64,000 nt of DNA from assembly GCA_965235115.1 (NCBI GenBank), contig OZ249441.1, positions 31,496,001 through 31,560,000 on the forward strand, given 5' to 3'. Under the pieces are notes generated by a model. The model saw only the letters and a list, made by a program, of their open reading frames with translations, was not told the origin of the DNA and did not search any database. Made by a program: the position numbers and the translations under genes. Below are positions 11,607 through 25,340 of this stretch, piece by piece; the stretch's first letter is position 1, and the number at the start of each line of letters is the position of its first letter. This DNA is from Laetmonice hystrix (Eukaryota).

Positions 11607-13479
11607 TCCATCTCGGATCGGTTTCGCTTTCACCATACAGCCGTTTTAACTAATTCACCCAGTCACACTTTGGCAACAGTGCTAATGTGGGTCAGAGGGA
11701 AAAAAATTTCTAGACAACAACAAAAATGTAATAAATGCCGAAAAAAAGGCTCAGAACCGAATTTACTGTTGGCTGATTATCCCAACACTCTGGTAATGAA
11801 ATGATGGGCGAGAAAACAAAAATACTCCACCCTTGTAATTACAGTGGACCACTCTGGGGCAGGCGCCTTTGGAAAATTGATTAGTGGCGATATGCTTCCG
11901 GCCACAACATCCTTGCTGTCCCCCATCCAAGCTTAACTACCTCCCAAATCAGTCCCCATACAGCCCTGAGCTGACAACCTAAATGACCTGTAGGGAAATC
12001 ACAGGAGCCACCTCCCAAATGCCGCGGATAGGTCTCGGCGGGATTCGCTGCTTCTTTTGTATTCATAGCAGAGGTGTGCTTTTGCAGATTACAGATGGGA
12101 ATATGAGAGCAGCACTATCCACGTCGCTGGCGTCTGAACGTGTGGACACGACCGTCTCTGTCACAGATGCTCAACTCTTTCTGTCAGTCCTCATAAAGCA
12201 AACCACAAAGTGTGCATCTATCTCTATTAGATTTGCCATCACTGTGCATTGCCCAACATTTCCCCGCTTTGCTCCCTTCCAGTGTCCGCCACCGTGCACC
12301 GATGTCATTGCAGGTTATTCAATCAGTGCTGCATATGGATGTGCTCATTCACGGGCCGGCAGCAATGCCCACAGCGCTGCACTGACCAATGTCATCGGTC
12401 CCTAGCTGATAAATGTGAAGGGTTGGACATGGACCCGGACCCTCTCTCTGGCTCGCAGATATACAGTTGACAACCGTGACCTCCCGTTGATCATCTTCCC
12501 CTGCATACTGACATCACAATTTTACCAGTGAATCAATTATTTCCGCCGCTCGGTTCTCCTCGGCAGTATGGCCTTCTCGCTGCCACGGCTTTTCAAGGTT
12601 CGACCAAAAATATAACATATAAACCTCCACATCCAGTGTGTGCATTCGGAAATATCCGCCGGAGGCACGTTTAATGCGGACCACAATGATACTGGTGATA
12701 CTGGTACATATCAATACACACACCCCATGGAGCGATATTTGAATTATGCATAGAATATGGTCCTTCAATGTACTCGAAGCAGGAAGTGTTTCCGTTATGA
12801 TGAGCCATTGCATGGATAGGTCATTTGTGGGTCGAGGGTTGTCAACCGGGAACTGTGATTCTCTCTTCAGAATAATGGACACGAGTGGACATGGATCGTA
12901 GATCCGGTTTGGCTATCCTCCTTAAGCATCTCGAGATGATATCTCCTTACAAGTGACATCTCGGTTTTCCCTAGCTCACAGGCGTGGACACACACTTGGT
13001 GGTGAACATTCAACTGTGACCATCTTTTACTGTATCCGCCTCACATTATCAAATTTAAATGAATTCATGCTTTAGGCTGTTTATCTCAGTGAATTGTTGC
13101 AAAGTTCGGTTTTTAATGCTTCCAACTGCTACATACATGAAGAGATCCGTATCCAGAGACTTGGATATTATTGAGCGTGATCGATGACAAAAGGTATTGA
13201 GCCTACATATGGGGCTTCCTTCAGTGGCATGTAGTGAAATCATGAAATCAAACATAACCAAAGTTGGCAAGATGACATTACAGACCAGGTCTGCTGAGTT
13301 AATCAGCTAATTTCTTTCTGTCTACTTCCTCCCTCCTCAGTCCAAACAGCGACGGGACGTGATGCAGATAGGAACATCACGCAGACAGTTGTGAGAATGA
13401 AATCTCATCGCAGTGGGTAATTTTCCCGGCGCTGTATCCGTCCTTGGGATATGAAGCCAACTTGAGGTGGCCAACACAT

Positions 13480-13860
13480 GCAGTTTTGCTGCTTCGTTAT
13501 GTCAAAGTTTCTCAAATCATTATTCACTTTCTACATTGCAAACGGACGTCCGTTCTGTTAACAAGCTAGGTTTCCTTGAATAGGTCCAACCATATCAGTC
13601 CAGATTTCAGATACGTCCAAAAACTAATCACTCTCGCCGAAGATGACGGAAATTAATATCCTAGGCGGATGTTAATTCTCAATATATTCGAAAAGCACAA
13701 TCTGCAAATGCTCTGTTATTCTCCACGATGATATGGAACCACCAATGAGCATGAATGAGATGGAACCATAGAAAAATAGGCTCCTTATACTGTGACGGTG
13801 TTATGGGAATTTTCCTGGTAGTTTCAGGCGTCGAGAATGGATTTATGACCACAGCTGTCG
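13480..13860 (-). pseudogene. Possible decayed Ulp1/C48 protease-like fragment
   Basis: YKEPIFLWFHLIHAHWWFHIIVENNRAFAD resembles the Ulp1 IF.P+H...HW.L+V+...+D motif (HW at 13742-13747). A downstream frame has PIQGNLAC*QNGRPFA. Confidence 0.25.
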
Positions 13861-14188
13861 GTGTACACCATTATGCGTCTTCACGCCATCGCGTTAGGCC
13901 AAACTGACCCAATCAACCCGTAAACATGCTGTGCTGCTGTCCGTTGCATCAGAAAGGCCGACACTGGCATGGAAATATGTCGGCCAATATCTGTTTTTCC
14001 GGCCACTTTACATACACTAATGTACCTAGGAATAAAGTGAAGAAGGTGCGATATAACTTTATCCGGACTGATCCATATGATCCATATCATATTTCACTCA
14101 TTTAAACTGGTTTCAAAACTACGCTAAAACTATTGAAAAGAAAATGTAAAATAATTATTAAGTATTAGGTCAACTGACAGAAAGTTAA

Positions 14189-14589
14189 AGCAATCAGCGG
14201 GTATCTCTCATTTCACTGACACCAAAATGCAGAAATGGGCTGTTAGGCCTTAGACTACATAAATTAATAAAATTTTTACCCACAGAAATGGAGAAAACTA
14301 ATGAAATTCAAATCCAGTTGCCTGTTGTCGCCACGAAGCGAACCTCTCATGGCTGGTTATTGACCTGGCATTATTTTGGACAACCAATGAAATTCATCGG
14401 GCGATGAACCGATTTTGTCAACAACCAGCCAGAAGACGACAACAGGCAACTGGAATGTTTAATTTCATTAGATTTCTCCATTTCTGTGGGTATACATTTA
14501 TTGATTTATGTAGTCTAAGGCCTTATCGAACCTAACAGCCCATGCCTGCATTTTGGAGTCATTGAAATGAGAGATACTCGCTGATTGCT
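14189..14589. mobile_element. 401-bp foldback MITE, Kolobok-like (TTAA target site, AG...CT termini)
   Basis: TTAA at 14185-14188 and 14590-14593. The first 44 nt match the reverse complement of the last 44 nt at 41/44, and the arms pair over about 140-150 nt. Inner stem GGCTGGTTATTGAC (14351)/GTCAACAACCAGCC (14417) pairs 13/14. Confidence 0.85.
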
Positions 14590-17500
14590 TTAATGATCAT
14601 TTTAGTTGCCTATTGTTTTCCATGTCTTCATTTCTGAAAAAAACTCCCTGTGATAACCTCAGCAAAACTAAGTTGAGCTTCAAGTGCTCAATTAGCCAAG
14701 TTTCCTTGAACAGATCATGATTAGCAGTGCGGCAACAATTGTGACAAACAACAAAAGGTGTAATTCCAGCTAGGTAATTATCACATCTGCCCTCGTAAGG
14801 CCTACATCATTTTGCTGGCAGTGTTTTGTCGACAGGACCGGACAGATGTAATTACTGCAGTGGAACTCTATTCTGATCTGGAAAAGGTCACCTTCATCAT
14901 TATCCGAAAGTAACAGCCCTACTGACAAAATGTATTCTCACACACACACAACATTCACAGAATTACGTACATATAATAAGCATATGTCATATGGCAAACA
15001 GGTGGTGCTGCAATGGTGTTCCTTGGCCGCTAACGGCACGGTGTTCCAACAACGCATTAATACACAGTTACTAAATAATGACAGGGCTTTATCTGAGATA
15101 CTGAGTGAGGAACTCAGTCGTAGTGTGCTCCAATATCTCGCTTCAGTTGACCAGAATGTGAAGATGTATTTAGCAATGTTTCTGTTCACAAAATGATATC
15201 AATATCAGATGTCAAAGGGTTGATACGTATGTTGTCGGTTCTGTTGTAGAGAATCAGGTCTGGCAAGATCTGCCATCTGTATTTGCCCACAACATATCTG
15301 AAACGAGGCGCTATTAGTAGGCCGGCTTAGATCTTCAGCGGCAGCCGTACCTTTACTCTTCTCTTCACAACTATTTCTCTTCATAGTGCCTTCTCGGAGA
15401 ATTCCCACTTTCCTCCAAATATACTTTTTGTTTTGCAATTGTACAAAACAAATTTTTCCCAAAATTACTAATACAATTCAATCATTTTCAACCATTCTTC
15501 AGTACAAAATTGCTTCGATAAGAACTCTGTGACTTTAAACTAAACCTGTGGGCCATTTCTTACTCTCAATTGACCCCTAATATAAATGAATGTTTTTCAA
15601 ATAGATTTCTGTTTTCTGTGTCAGGCCGTTTCACTCAGAAGAAATCCTACTGGCATGAAAATAACGAGATACATGTGTGAAATGTCCGGCGGCAAATACG
15701 AAGGTTTGCATGTCACCTATTTTAACTGGATAAATCCTCTTCTACGTGAAAACACTACCCTAAAACGGACTAGTCATATTTTCTATACTATTACCTGATT
15801 TAAGGACAATAATCAAGGCGGAAGTCCAATCAACATAATCTGACTATCATGGCTAGCTCTCGCATTCATCATTTCCTACCTCCATGCATTAAAAAGCAAA
15901 TTAGCAGGAGAAAATCCTTTATCTTCATTAGAAGCGAGCCTAGAATGACGATAATGACGTTTCGTTATTCTCTGTTCCACCTCAGATAGAAACATGATGG
16001 TTCCTCTGGTTGTTGGTGCATGGCAACGGAATCCTCAGACAATGACTGAGCCAGACTTAAGACACATTATACTAGCTGATCCACCCATGCACGCCAATAG
16101 TTATATAGACTCTTACTAAAACAGGGAGGAAAAAACGGAATTTCGTGAGCGAAATAGCATTTCAGTCGGACAACAAGCGCGAGCTTTGGGTGCACATATG
16201 ACGGAACTGCATGGTGGGTGGAGCATGATGGGAATTCGCATATACGTGTTTGAGATCGGTCACTTTACATCAAGACACTGTCTGATCAAGTTGTCTGACT
16301 AAAATGGCCTTTCGTCTCCATATCGAATGTACACTTTTAATACGTCCAATTATATAGCAATAGCATGTAAAATCATTATCTAATTCGATCAAGGTAAATG
16401 AATCAATGAAATCATCTGGACTAGCCTAGAATATATTCCAGGGTTAATCTGGGCTAGGTACGTGAAATCATCTCATGTGTTTTTTGGTGATAATTCGTTT
16501 GGAAATATACGATGTGAAAGATTAGGAGAGAGCCTCATAGTTGTCTGAAGAGGTACATTCCTGTAGCCAGATATTGAAGAGGAGTAGTGTTTTCTTTATC
16601 TTCGTCCAACCTTAACGATCTGCTCTGTGTCCTTGAGCCATCTGTCTGTGGACCACACAGACAGTCATACTGCAGGTGGCCGTACTACAGCCATCCTGTG
16701 ACATTCTCTGATGCTACTTTAACCAAGAGCTCCAAAAAGGGTTTCCACTGGTTGACATGTACATGATACGTCTCCGTCCGTCATATGCCGATAGATGATG
16801 GAGAGGCTAACGTTTTCTAAGTACCGCCCAGAGCATTTTGTCCAATTAGGCTTCGACCAAGCTCTGCAAATTATAGCTAGGAAAGACGGTTTACTTCGGA
16901 CAACAAAAAACTTAATGTAGAAGAAGTGCCCTTTTTCTGCTAACACAGTAAAATGTGTGGAATTACCTAGCACATACATGTATTATTCATACCATCAGGA
17001 ATATGTTAATTCTGTCTATATCCTATGTCAAGTGGTACTTTGAGGTAGAATTTTATATATCTGAATACATGTACATGTGACACACAAGATATGATATTCT
17101 CATAATAATGGCTGAGAACTGAACACTCCATGGCTAAGAATAGAACACTGTTCTGTTGAATTCTCACTGACGTTATTAACTGAGCAAAATATCCTGGCCG
17201 AATACGGGTGAAGCAAGCTGTGAAAGATGGCGCCGATTCTTCGAATGGAGTAGCAATAGCGTACGATTGAGAGATGAGGAAGCCGCGATATCTCCATTCC
17301 ATGTCAGGCTATCAGCTCGGCTGAATATGGTAGTTAGTCATGGGGTTGGGTGTGGGCGGGAGCATCTGAAGGACCAGTAAGGGGGTATAGCTGGCAGCTG
17401 TATCTGGCAGAGTGAAGATAGTGTAATATGGCATGGGGCAGCGATATTTTCTGCCATCCCTACTAGCTTGTAGCCCTTCATCACCACACCCCGTCCCGCC

Positions 17501-18180
17501 AGACCACCCGTTACGCGGCTGCCATTATTAAGACAAATCTACCTGCCCCGCTCCTTCAGCATTCCGCCTCCACAATCAGGTCATCTTCTCGTTACCTGGC
17601 CATGTATTTTGAGGCTTGCTGTGGTCCAATTAGGACACATCGTGGCAGCCGTTCGGTCAGGGTGAGGCTGACCGGACCGGACATACCAGGCAGGAGAATA
17701 TCACAAGTAATAATGACCACCGCCGGTACTTTCACATACACTACTGGTCACACTGGCTCGCAATGAACTGTGTCACTAATTCAACCTGTGAATGTGACTT
17801 ATTATTCGTGAAATTCATCGCTGAAAACTCTTCAGTCAAATTAATTACAAAAATTAACTTCTTTGACGTTACAATATGATCTTTGTACGCTTTATCAGAT
17901 GCCGAAAAAGATCATCCGAACGAAGTTTCAACAGGAAAGATTAAACGAATTGAGTCCATTCAGCCAGCCAGTTTCCTACGCAGTTTAAATAAAGATATAA
18001 AAACCGAAACACTGATTTAAATATCGAATTGAATAGCGACTGATATTAAGTAGTGTTACCAGAATGGTTTAAAAAGCAGACTCATGCTGACACCGAAGTA
18101 TTTTTCATGGACCTTCCTTTTTCTGCTTAATTTTTGACACTGGGTCGATTCTGAAGGTCACGCCACTATATAAACTGATT

Positions 18181-18315
18181 ACAGAGATAGCCGTTTTAAC
18201 AATCTTTACAGAGATAGCCGGTTTAACGATCTTTACGGAGATAGCCGGTTTAACGATCTTTACACACAAAGCTGGTTTAATGATCTTTACAGATAGAGCT
18301 GGTTTAACGATATTT
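18181..18315. repeat. 27-bp minisatellite, 5 copies
   Basis: Unit ACAGAGATAGCCGGTTTAACGATCTTT repeated contiguously with a few substitutions and no spacers. Confidence 0.92.
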
Positions 18316-18499
18316 CCTGATCGCCAGCACATCCATCTCCGACAACAAATAACGGCTCATGACATGTAGCGGATCCCTAGAACTATTTTTCAAAGTTTGA
18401 TGCTGAACTTGCAGTCCGTCACATGAACGGAACCATTTTCTAGGTCTATGGCTGTTCTATAATTATACTAATCAAACGATTCCACTGAAGGATCTCGAC

Positions 18500-19750
18500 T
18501 TTGTTCAGTGGCAATCATTTGGGGTACTACTAACATGCAATGATATCCCACTTTTCCGTCCACTTTAGTCATGATTACGACTACAGAACTCAAATTGCCG
18601 CCATCATTTCAGGGCTGTAAAGTATCATGGGGCGGTCCTTCCGGAAAGTTTGTCATTTGTACTGAAAGGTTTAAGATTTGTTACAACGCCATTTGATCTA
18701 CCGTGCTTACACTGTGTGGGGAAATGAAGTGAACGTTATTACCAGCGCTGTACTTGTTTATCTTTACTCTGGTCATTCCCCGAAATCTGCCTGCCCAACA
18801 GGGGCCTGTCATTGAGAGTCGAAACGATTGTAGAGCTGTTGCCACTGGTTACCGCCTTGTTCCTGTTCAGTTCATGGCGGCTTTTTCAGAGTCGTCGATG
18901 GTCGCCGAGCATGCATGCTTGTCTCTCATTCAGCCATCATGGGCCGCAGATTGCTTACAGAGCACGCGCTCACGGGCTCTGCGCCCCGATCCAAGGCTCA
19001 ATGCCATGTCCATTCTAGCCTTGCCATGGCACAAACGTAACCGTTAGAGCACGGCACCAATTCAATTTGGCCTTGCCCGAGGACTGGCAGGTCGTCGTAG
19101 ACCACAGCCCCGTGGATTAGTTCTCGGACGATGGGATGGTCGCAGGACACGCCGTGACGACTGTCTACATGCAGCCACCCAATATTACAAGTCAATACAG
19201 ACTCCTGTTCAGCATAATATGCCATTATTTGTATCTTTATGGGTCTTATGCTAAGTATAACGTTGCCAACAGCCATCACCTTTTTATACGTCACTCTTTC
19301 AACAGCATCTCCGAATATGTGCCATCTTTCGTTATTCATAACGATGTCACCAAGGTTGTTAGTAGAGGGCGCTGTCGAAGGTGCCTTGCAGTCATCGTCC
19401 AAACGCTCGGCCATTTTCGTACATTAAATAATTAGGTTCTTTCGATGCCTGCCTGTATTTCCTGTGTCACCATTGCTAAGTGTCATTCTTTGTAACATCA
19501 CATTCCCCAATCTTACCCATTACATGGCCAGGAGCCATATTAATCATTAAACATTGGCAAATGGGGGTCAAGCCTTCCCCACGTTGCACAGTCAATTTGG
19601 TGTGGGCTGTGCCACGAGGGTCTTCATTGTTCTGTCTTCGAACAGGAGTATGTGTGGCAGCACTGTGACAAGCTGCAAGCCACCACATCAGCCAGGACCT
19701 CATTGACATCACTTCCACTTGAACATTATGGCGCGAACCCTCGCATGCCA
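18500..19750 (-). mobile_element. Decayed DIRS-order (tyrosine recombinase) retroelement remnant: RNaseH/MT end + YR
   Basis: In order: NEVLAD, 24 aa, then WHSPHQID...HLPMFN (like N..AD...WGPHT.DRFA..QLPRFN); KAPST...ERW...IGWLH...DHPIVRELIHGA (YR SAM-like domain); MALSLGSGRRARE (box I G.R..E); then a weak GYHCML (box II-like). Confidence 0.45.
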
Positions 19751-20968
19751 TTCTGACATTTTTGTGTCATTCTTTTCGCGGTCTATAAAGACACAATTTA
19801 TTTCCAAGCAACACTCATGATGTATCACAAAAGACTACTGCAGCAAGATGTTCTCACATATGTTTAAAGATACAACTTTCAATTCCCAAGGGGCCAGCAT
19901 GTACTACTAATCAAGATGGGAATTAGCGGTTCTACTATCAGATTCGTGTTTCATAAGTTGGATTCCTTTGAGAAAATAAAATATCTGACTAAAATACAGA
20001 TCTTGGGCTACTCAATATCAAGGAATCAATTTTTAATATATCTCACTATTTATGTAGTTCAAATTGCTTTTAATTTTATTTCAAGCTTACTACTAGAGTA
20101 TACGTTTCGGTAAGATATAAATGCTTACTCATTCATCTTAATAATACTAATTAATCAACCAGTCAGGAGACATTACCTAAACAGATGAACACAATGCTGG
20201 CATGCATTTTCTGCTTTGCCATTTATCAAAAGAGCACCATTAATGCTAACAAAGCAGGCTTTTGTGAAGATTCTTAATTACATTGTCTATGTGTTTAGCA
20301 TACCACTGCAATTCAAAGTGTTACCAATGTGGACTTTTAATTAACCTTGAACACAGACAAAATCCTTTTGGCTTGATGTACAGATTCAATGAGACAAGAG
20401 TTTCCTACGACCAGCTAAGTCACATTAGATTTCTTGTCAACTTTCTTGAAGCGAAGGGCATATGAGAGCTGAGATGCTTCACTTAACCCTTTGCTGTTCC
20501 TGGATGATGACGAAGAGGTTCAAATAACGTTGTGATGGTGTGGAAGAGAGCAGAGCGCACTGATGAGTTATGGATTCATGTCATAGCTCCACATTGATCG
20601 TATCCTTCTTTTCTTTACCTTCTCTCTTCAGCTAAACTGCATCCGGCTGCCATGGCAACGTGCAGAGTTCCAACTGCTAAACCAGCTGCCTCTACACACA
20701 ATAGATGGTTGATATTCTGTCATCAAATTCAACACCGCCTCCTCATAATTAATCTACACTTCATGGTCCTATTTCCCATATTACAAACAATAAGGAGTAG
20801 GAAGATATACGAGTCGCATTTCGCAGGCTCTGCGCCACTCCCTCCATCTCGGTACACCCTTTAGCGTTTTTCTCATAATTTGCGCCATTTGATCCGACAG
20901 GCTACGGTACACGGCTAAGAGAGCCAGAGAAAAAAAGACAAGAAGTAATAGGACTGCCGATAGCTTAA

Positions 20969-21488
20969 AGGGGCATATTATGAGGAAACGTTAAAAATCT
21001 GTATTTCATAGAACTTTTGCTGTTTTCATAAAGAGATCCTTCATTAAAATTCCTTGGTAAACAAAGACAGACTTATCAGTTTCATTTTGCGTGAGAAATC
21101 GAAGTTTATTAAGCTCCCTTTTCTGCCGATTTCGTAAAATATTTTTTGGGTGGCATTCTGATGCCGGGCGATCGAGTGCCACTGCTGAATTGTTTACAAC
21201 TAAGCAAAGCACGTGACTAAGCACATGCAGAGAGTGCACACACAGGATGTGACACAGTATGCAATTACACGGGTTGATGGGAGGTTGTCTCCCAAATTAT
21301 GGCGGGAGATGTGCTATCGGGAGAAATCTATAGGTTTGATCGTATAGAACCTACTTGTGCTGCATACGCAGCGAAAACACGTCGGAGGACAAAATGCTGT
21401 GGTAGGATTATTTACTTGGATCCCTACTACACGGTCATGTTGGATAATTGCCGGAAATCCGCAAAAACGTGTTTCATAGCATGCCCCT
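20969..21488. mobile_element. 520-bp non-autonomous Kolobok-like element
   Basis: TTAA at 20965-20968 and 21489-21492. TIR AGGGGCATATTATGA vs reverse complement of the right end AGGGGCATGCTATGA (13/15). No internal coding capacity. Confidence 0.8.
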
Positions 21489-23847
21489 TTAACATTCAAG
21501 TTGTCTCTTCACAGCCTTTGCAATAATCACACGCAGCAACTGCCATAGTACAAAACGACAAAGATGGCGCGGTTAGAAAACCAACACGATTTGTGGGTGA
21601 CGCTGTTTGTGTTTAGTAGCACCGTACCCTCTCCATTCAATCTACGCTACTCGGACATTTTTAGGGGGAAACTGCATGAAACCAAATATCAAAGCTACTG
21701 CCAACCCATGATCAGAGAACCCCATTTTCCTGACGTATACATTTATATAACCTACACGCCTACAAAAGCAAGCAGTGTTGGTTCTGCCATTCCCTTGGCA
21801 TGCCATTCCAGTATTTTGATGTGTGACATAGAATAGCAATTACCACGTCACGGTCCTCATTTCGTGGCGGGTCCTGACCGTTTCTCCCCGTGCATACGTG
21901 GCATGCCTCGGGTATAAGCCAGAACCCGTATGCGTGCCACCACCTGCCCAGGCTAACCACGCACTGTCATGTATTACTAGCAGTATGAGAAGGGATGGTA
22001 ACAGCCCACTGCCCAACCGCCCATCCCCATCAAGTGGGCCCATCAGAAACCCCTTTCCTTGCATCCCACTCAGCGCCCCGCCACCACGCATCCCGGCCAT
22101 GTACCACCATCACTGTCCTGTGCTCCAGTCTCTCATCATACCTACCGGGAGACTGCCCTCCTGACTAATGTCTCCTGGACAGCGGCCGGTAAACATTGTA
22201 ACCAGCTGGTCGGGGTTGGCCTTATGCGACACCCCTAGGTCTCATTACATGCAACTAAATGTTTTCATTGCCAGGACACTGCTTTCTCTGAATTAGTTCT
22301 GGAAGTAGCACCCACAGGCAGCCATTTTTATGAAAATACCAATTAGTAAATTGGTTATTCCTTTAGATATTTTGATTTAAGAAACCAGATCAATAACACG
22401 CTTCTACTCGCTGGTCCGGGAGACCGGATGGCCACTGTTTCAACAACCATGATTGGCAGACCATGCAGGTTTCTAGTGCCTGAGACAAACAATGTAATTG
22501 GCAATAAGTGTACGCACAGTAGTTGTACCACTCGCCATTTATTGAGCCAGAAGATCATCACATAATGTTGCACAGCTCTCGCTTGCAACATTTAAGGCAA
22601 TAGCCATTGTGTGCACTGATCAAATGGACCATGAGGAAAATTGATTTCTCTCACGTTGCACTTAAGAGAAAGACACTGGGATATGGTTGCCTCCTTGGTT
22701 CCGCCAGTGTATGTCAGACAGAGGCATATGTGTAACAGTATTGATTTTGCCTGAAGGCTTTCTGGTGGCGGCGGGAGAGGCAGTGGCTGTGGTCGGGTGG
22801 GGCCCCTCGCTGTCAGCAGTGGATCAGGAACCACCCAGTCTAGAGACAGTCGTTGTACAGTTCTGTTGAACACTGGCTGCACTGTGTTTCTGATGGAATC
22901 GGTACGCCTGTTTGCTCGCCAAATAAACCATTCACACGTTGACCCTACACCTATTTTGTTCTCCCATAATACCTAGATAGGATCTTTCTCTCTCATGCCC
23001 TATTTGTACACATTTTCTCGGCAGTTCTCATCAGCATGATTCACAATTTTACAGTTCCTCGTCTTTTGGTACGTATGCCAACATTACATTCGATTCTTTA
23101 CGACTGTTTGCAAGGGGAGGGAGGGGTTATCAAGTTTGTGCTTTGTCAGCTGAACACTGATTGGGGAGTACGGGATGTAAGGTGTAGGGGTGTGTTACAA
23201 GTTCAAGTATAATTGGCGAGTAAAGCTGTTCACTATCTGCAAACAACAACTGCAAGAGGCTGGGATGACGCTGATGTACAGGCTTAACCATGCAGCTGTG
23301 GCCCACAACTTGCTTTACTTTCACACTATTTTAACACAGTGAGCAAAATATGATGCACAGTCAGATTTCAAAATACTCCATGGGGCAGAATGCCATGGCA
23401 ACCTGCAATTCCCATTCCACTTTATAACGGGAAATAACAAAAGCCGGAAGGCCGTTCCTTGTTGCATTCATATTGCCTGCAGACATTCCAACTTGGGCTG
23501 ATAAAAAAATCATGACTTCATCGTCGTATTTTCCTGACCTCATGCACGGCCATTCATGGACATTTTCACAGTTACATAGTTATCTGATTTCGCTATGATT
23601 TTCTCATTGGACGTTTGGGCAGGCAATGTTTGATTTGCAAATGAATACTGTGACTGTGAACCTGTACATCTAACACCTAACGTTTTCTTGCGGAACACAA
23701 TGCGGAACACAATGCTTGCAGTTAATAGCAACTTCAACTATCTTTAATGATAAATTCTGAGTCATTGAGCTTAAATTGGACTTTATTTTAATGGGAATGT
23801 GGACTTTCGTTGTGGGCATTAAATAAACGGCATACATTACACCTCTT

Positions 23848-24311
23848 TTAATAATGTGTAATCGTTTCTATTGGCCTCTTATTGCTATTTTTATGAACAC
23901 TTGAACGCGCCACGGAAATCAACTGTTCGGCTGCACCTTTGACATCACATCTTGCTCGGGAGTGAGATGAGTATTTTGTGTCGGTAAAGTAAAACTTGCC
24001 TGGCACACGCTGAAGTGATGTCGCCAAGTTTCCATTACAGATGAATTTACTCCATTCTATACTGAGATGTTGATGGAGCAACTTGAATTCGCCGAATGCT
24101 TCTCCACAAAGAGCGTATTTAAGTCTGTAAACACTGAGATGTGTGTACAGCAATGACCTAAGCCCAAGGCAAAGTGCTCACAAGCCATCGACGCATTCTC
24201 GAGTTTCCTCCAATGTAGATTTAAAGTGCCTGTTTCCCAGAGTTGACTCACAACAAAGCAGTCGGCAAATACATGCCGCAGTGCCATTGCGAAAATGGAA
24301 CTGTTTCTCAT
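23848..24311 (-). mobile_element. Decayed LINE (CR1/L2-like) RT C-terminal fragment
   Basis: RHVFADCFVV (FADD-like), then KYALCGEAFGEF...LSIEWSKFICN (Y.l.g..L...L.WSKHI.N-like), then EQLISVARSSVHKN (E.VQRRAARFV-like), across a frameshift. Confidence 0.4.
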
Positions 24312-24499
24312 GAGCTATTACGTTACAACTGGACTGCCTTTACAACAAACCATAAATGAATCGGAGGAACAAAGATGACCACCGGCACACTTTGTGGGCA
24401 TCTCATATGTACTCAGCCTTTCAGTCTGTACAGAACGATAGAGTACTCATTCTTCATTAACATTCATACAAAGTGACACTAAAAGTCCGGTTTCCATGT

Positions 24500-24556
24500 C
24501 TACGTTTGCGTTATCCGTTTCGTTATCCGTTTCCGTTAACGAAAATCCGGCCTTAA
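24500..24556. mobile_element. Orphan right end of a TTAA-flanked element with internal short repeats
   Basis: CGTTATCCGTTT repeated, ending GAAAATCCGGCC|TTAA (TTAA 24553-24556). No matching left end found in the window. Confidence 0.3.
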
Positions 24557-24984
24557 GATGATAATAATATCATATGGATGATGGAATAACCACAGGTGTA
24601 AGATGTCTAAGATTTTTAGAAAATACAAAATGACAACAGTTTACTGAATTAGCTGTCGGACAATACTAACAACATACCTCAGATCATTAAATTTTTCTAC
24701 AGTATACGCGAGTTCATGCATTACGTTTGAGAAGCCCTTTCACGGAAAAATGCTCATATTTGCTCATATGGTACTCAGTGTTCGTTCTGATATGACATTT
24801 CAATTTCGTTCGCTACGAATTATGATACTCTTAGGATATCGAGTATCTTTTGTACCGTTGTACAGAACACTTCCGGAACACCATTGTAACACCACACCAT
24901 TTTGCCACTGTGGCTGCAAGCCAATTGTAGCTGTATTCATATATGAGGTAAACAAACCCCAAAGAGGTTATCAAAGCACGGTAT

Positions 24985-25340
24985 ATAAAAGGTTCATTAT
25001 GTTGGGCCCAAGAGAGGTCAAACAAGAGGTCAGAATCTGCTTTTGGAAAGGTTACTTTTACGATACCATCATCGATGAAAGAGTTAACTGAACTAGGAAT
25101 CCTGTATTGCACCTAGTCTTCGCAATTTTCAATTTTCACTATAGACAGATTTGGTTTTCAAGTTCGGCATCCTCTTGGGCCACAACAAACATCAGATTTT
25201 AAATAGATAAAAATATCTCAAAGTGACACTCACCTGGATTTACGGCATAACTTACAGTATACACGAGGCATTGTAAACCAAAGGTTATCAATAAAGGTCT
25301 AGGCTTCATCTGAAAAGACAGAAATATAACCGAAGATAAG
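24985..25340 (+). mobile_element. Possible decayed LINE RT fragment
   Basis: GS..LGP-like, FYDTII, KYLKVTL, DLR and NKGLGFI*KDRN occur in the expected order but need several frameshifts. Confidence 0.25.

Noticed and set aside
18181-18315. CRISPR-like array
   Set aside because: Units are contiguous with no unique spacers, and there are no cas-like ORFs.
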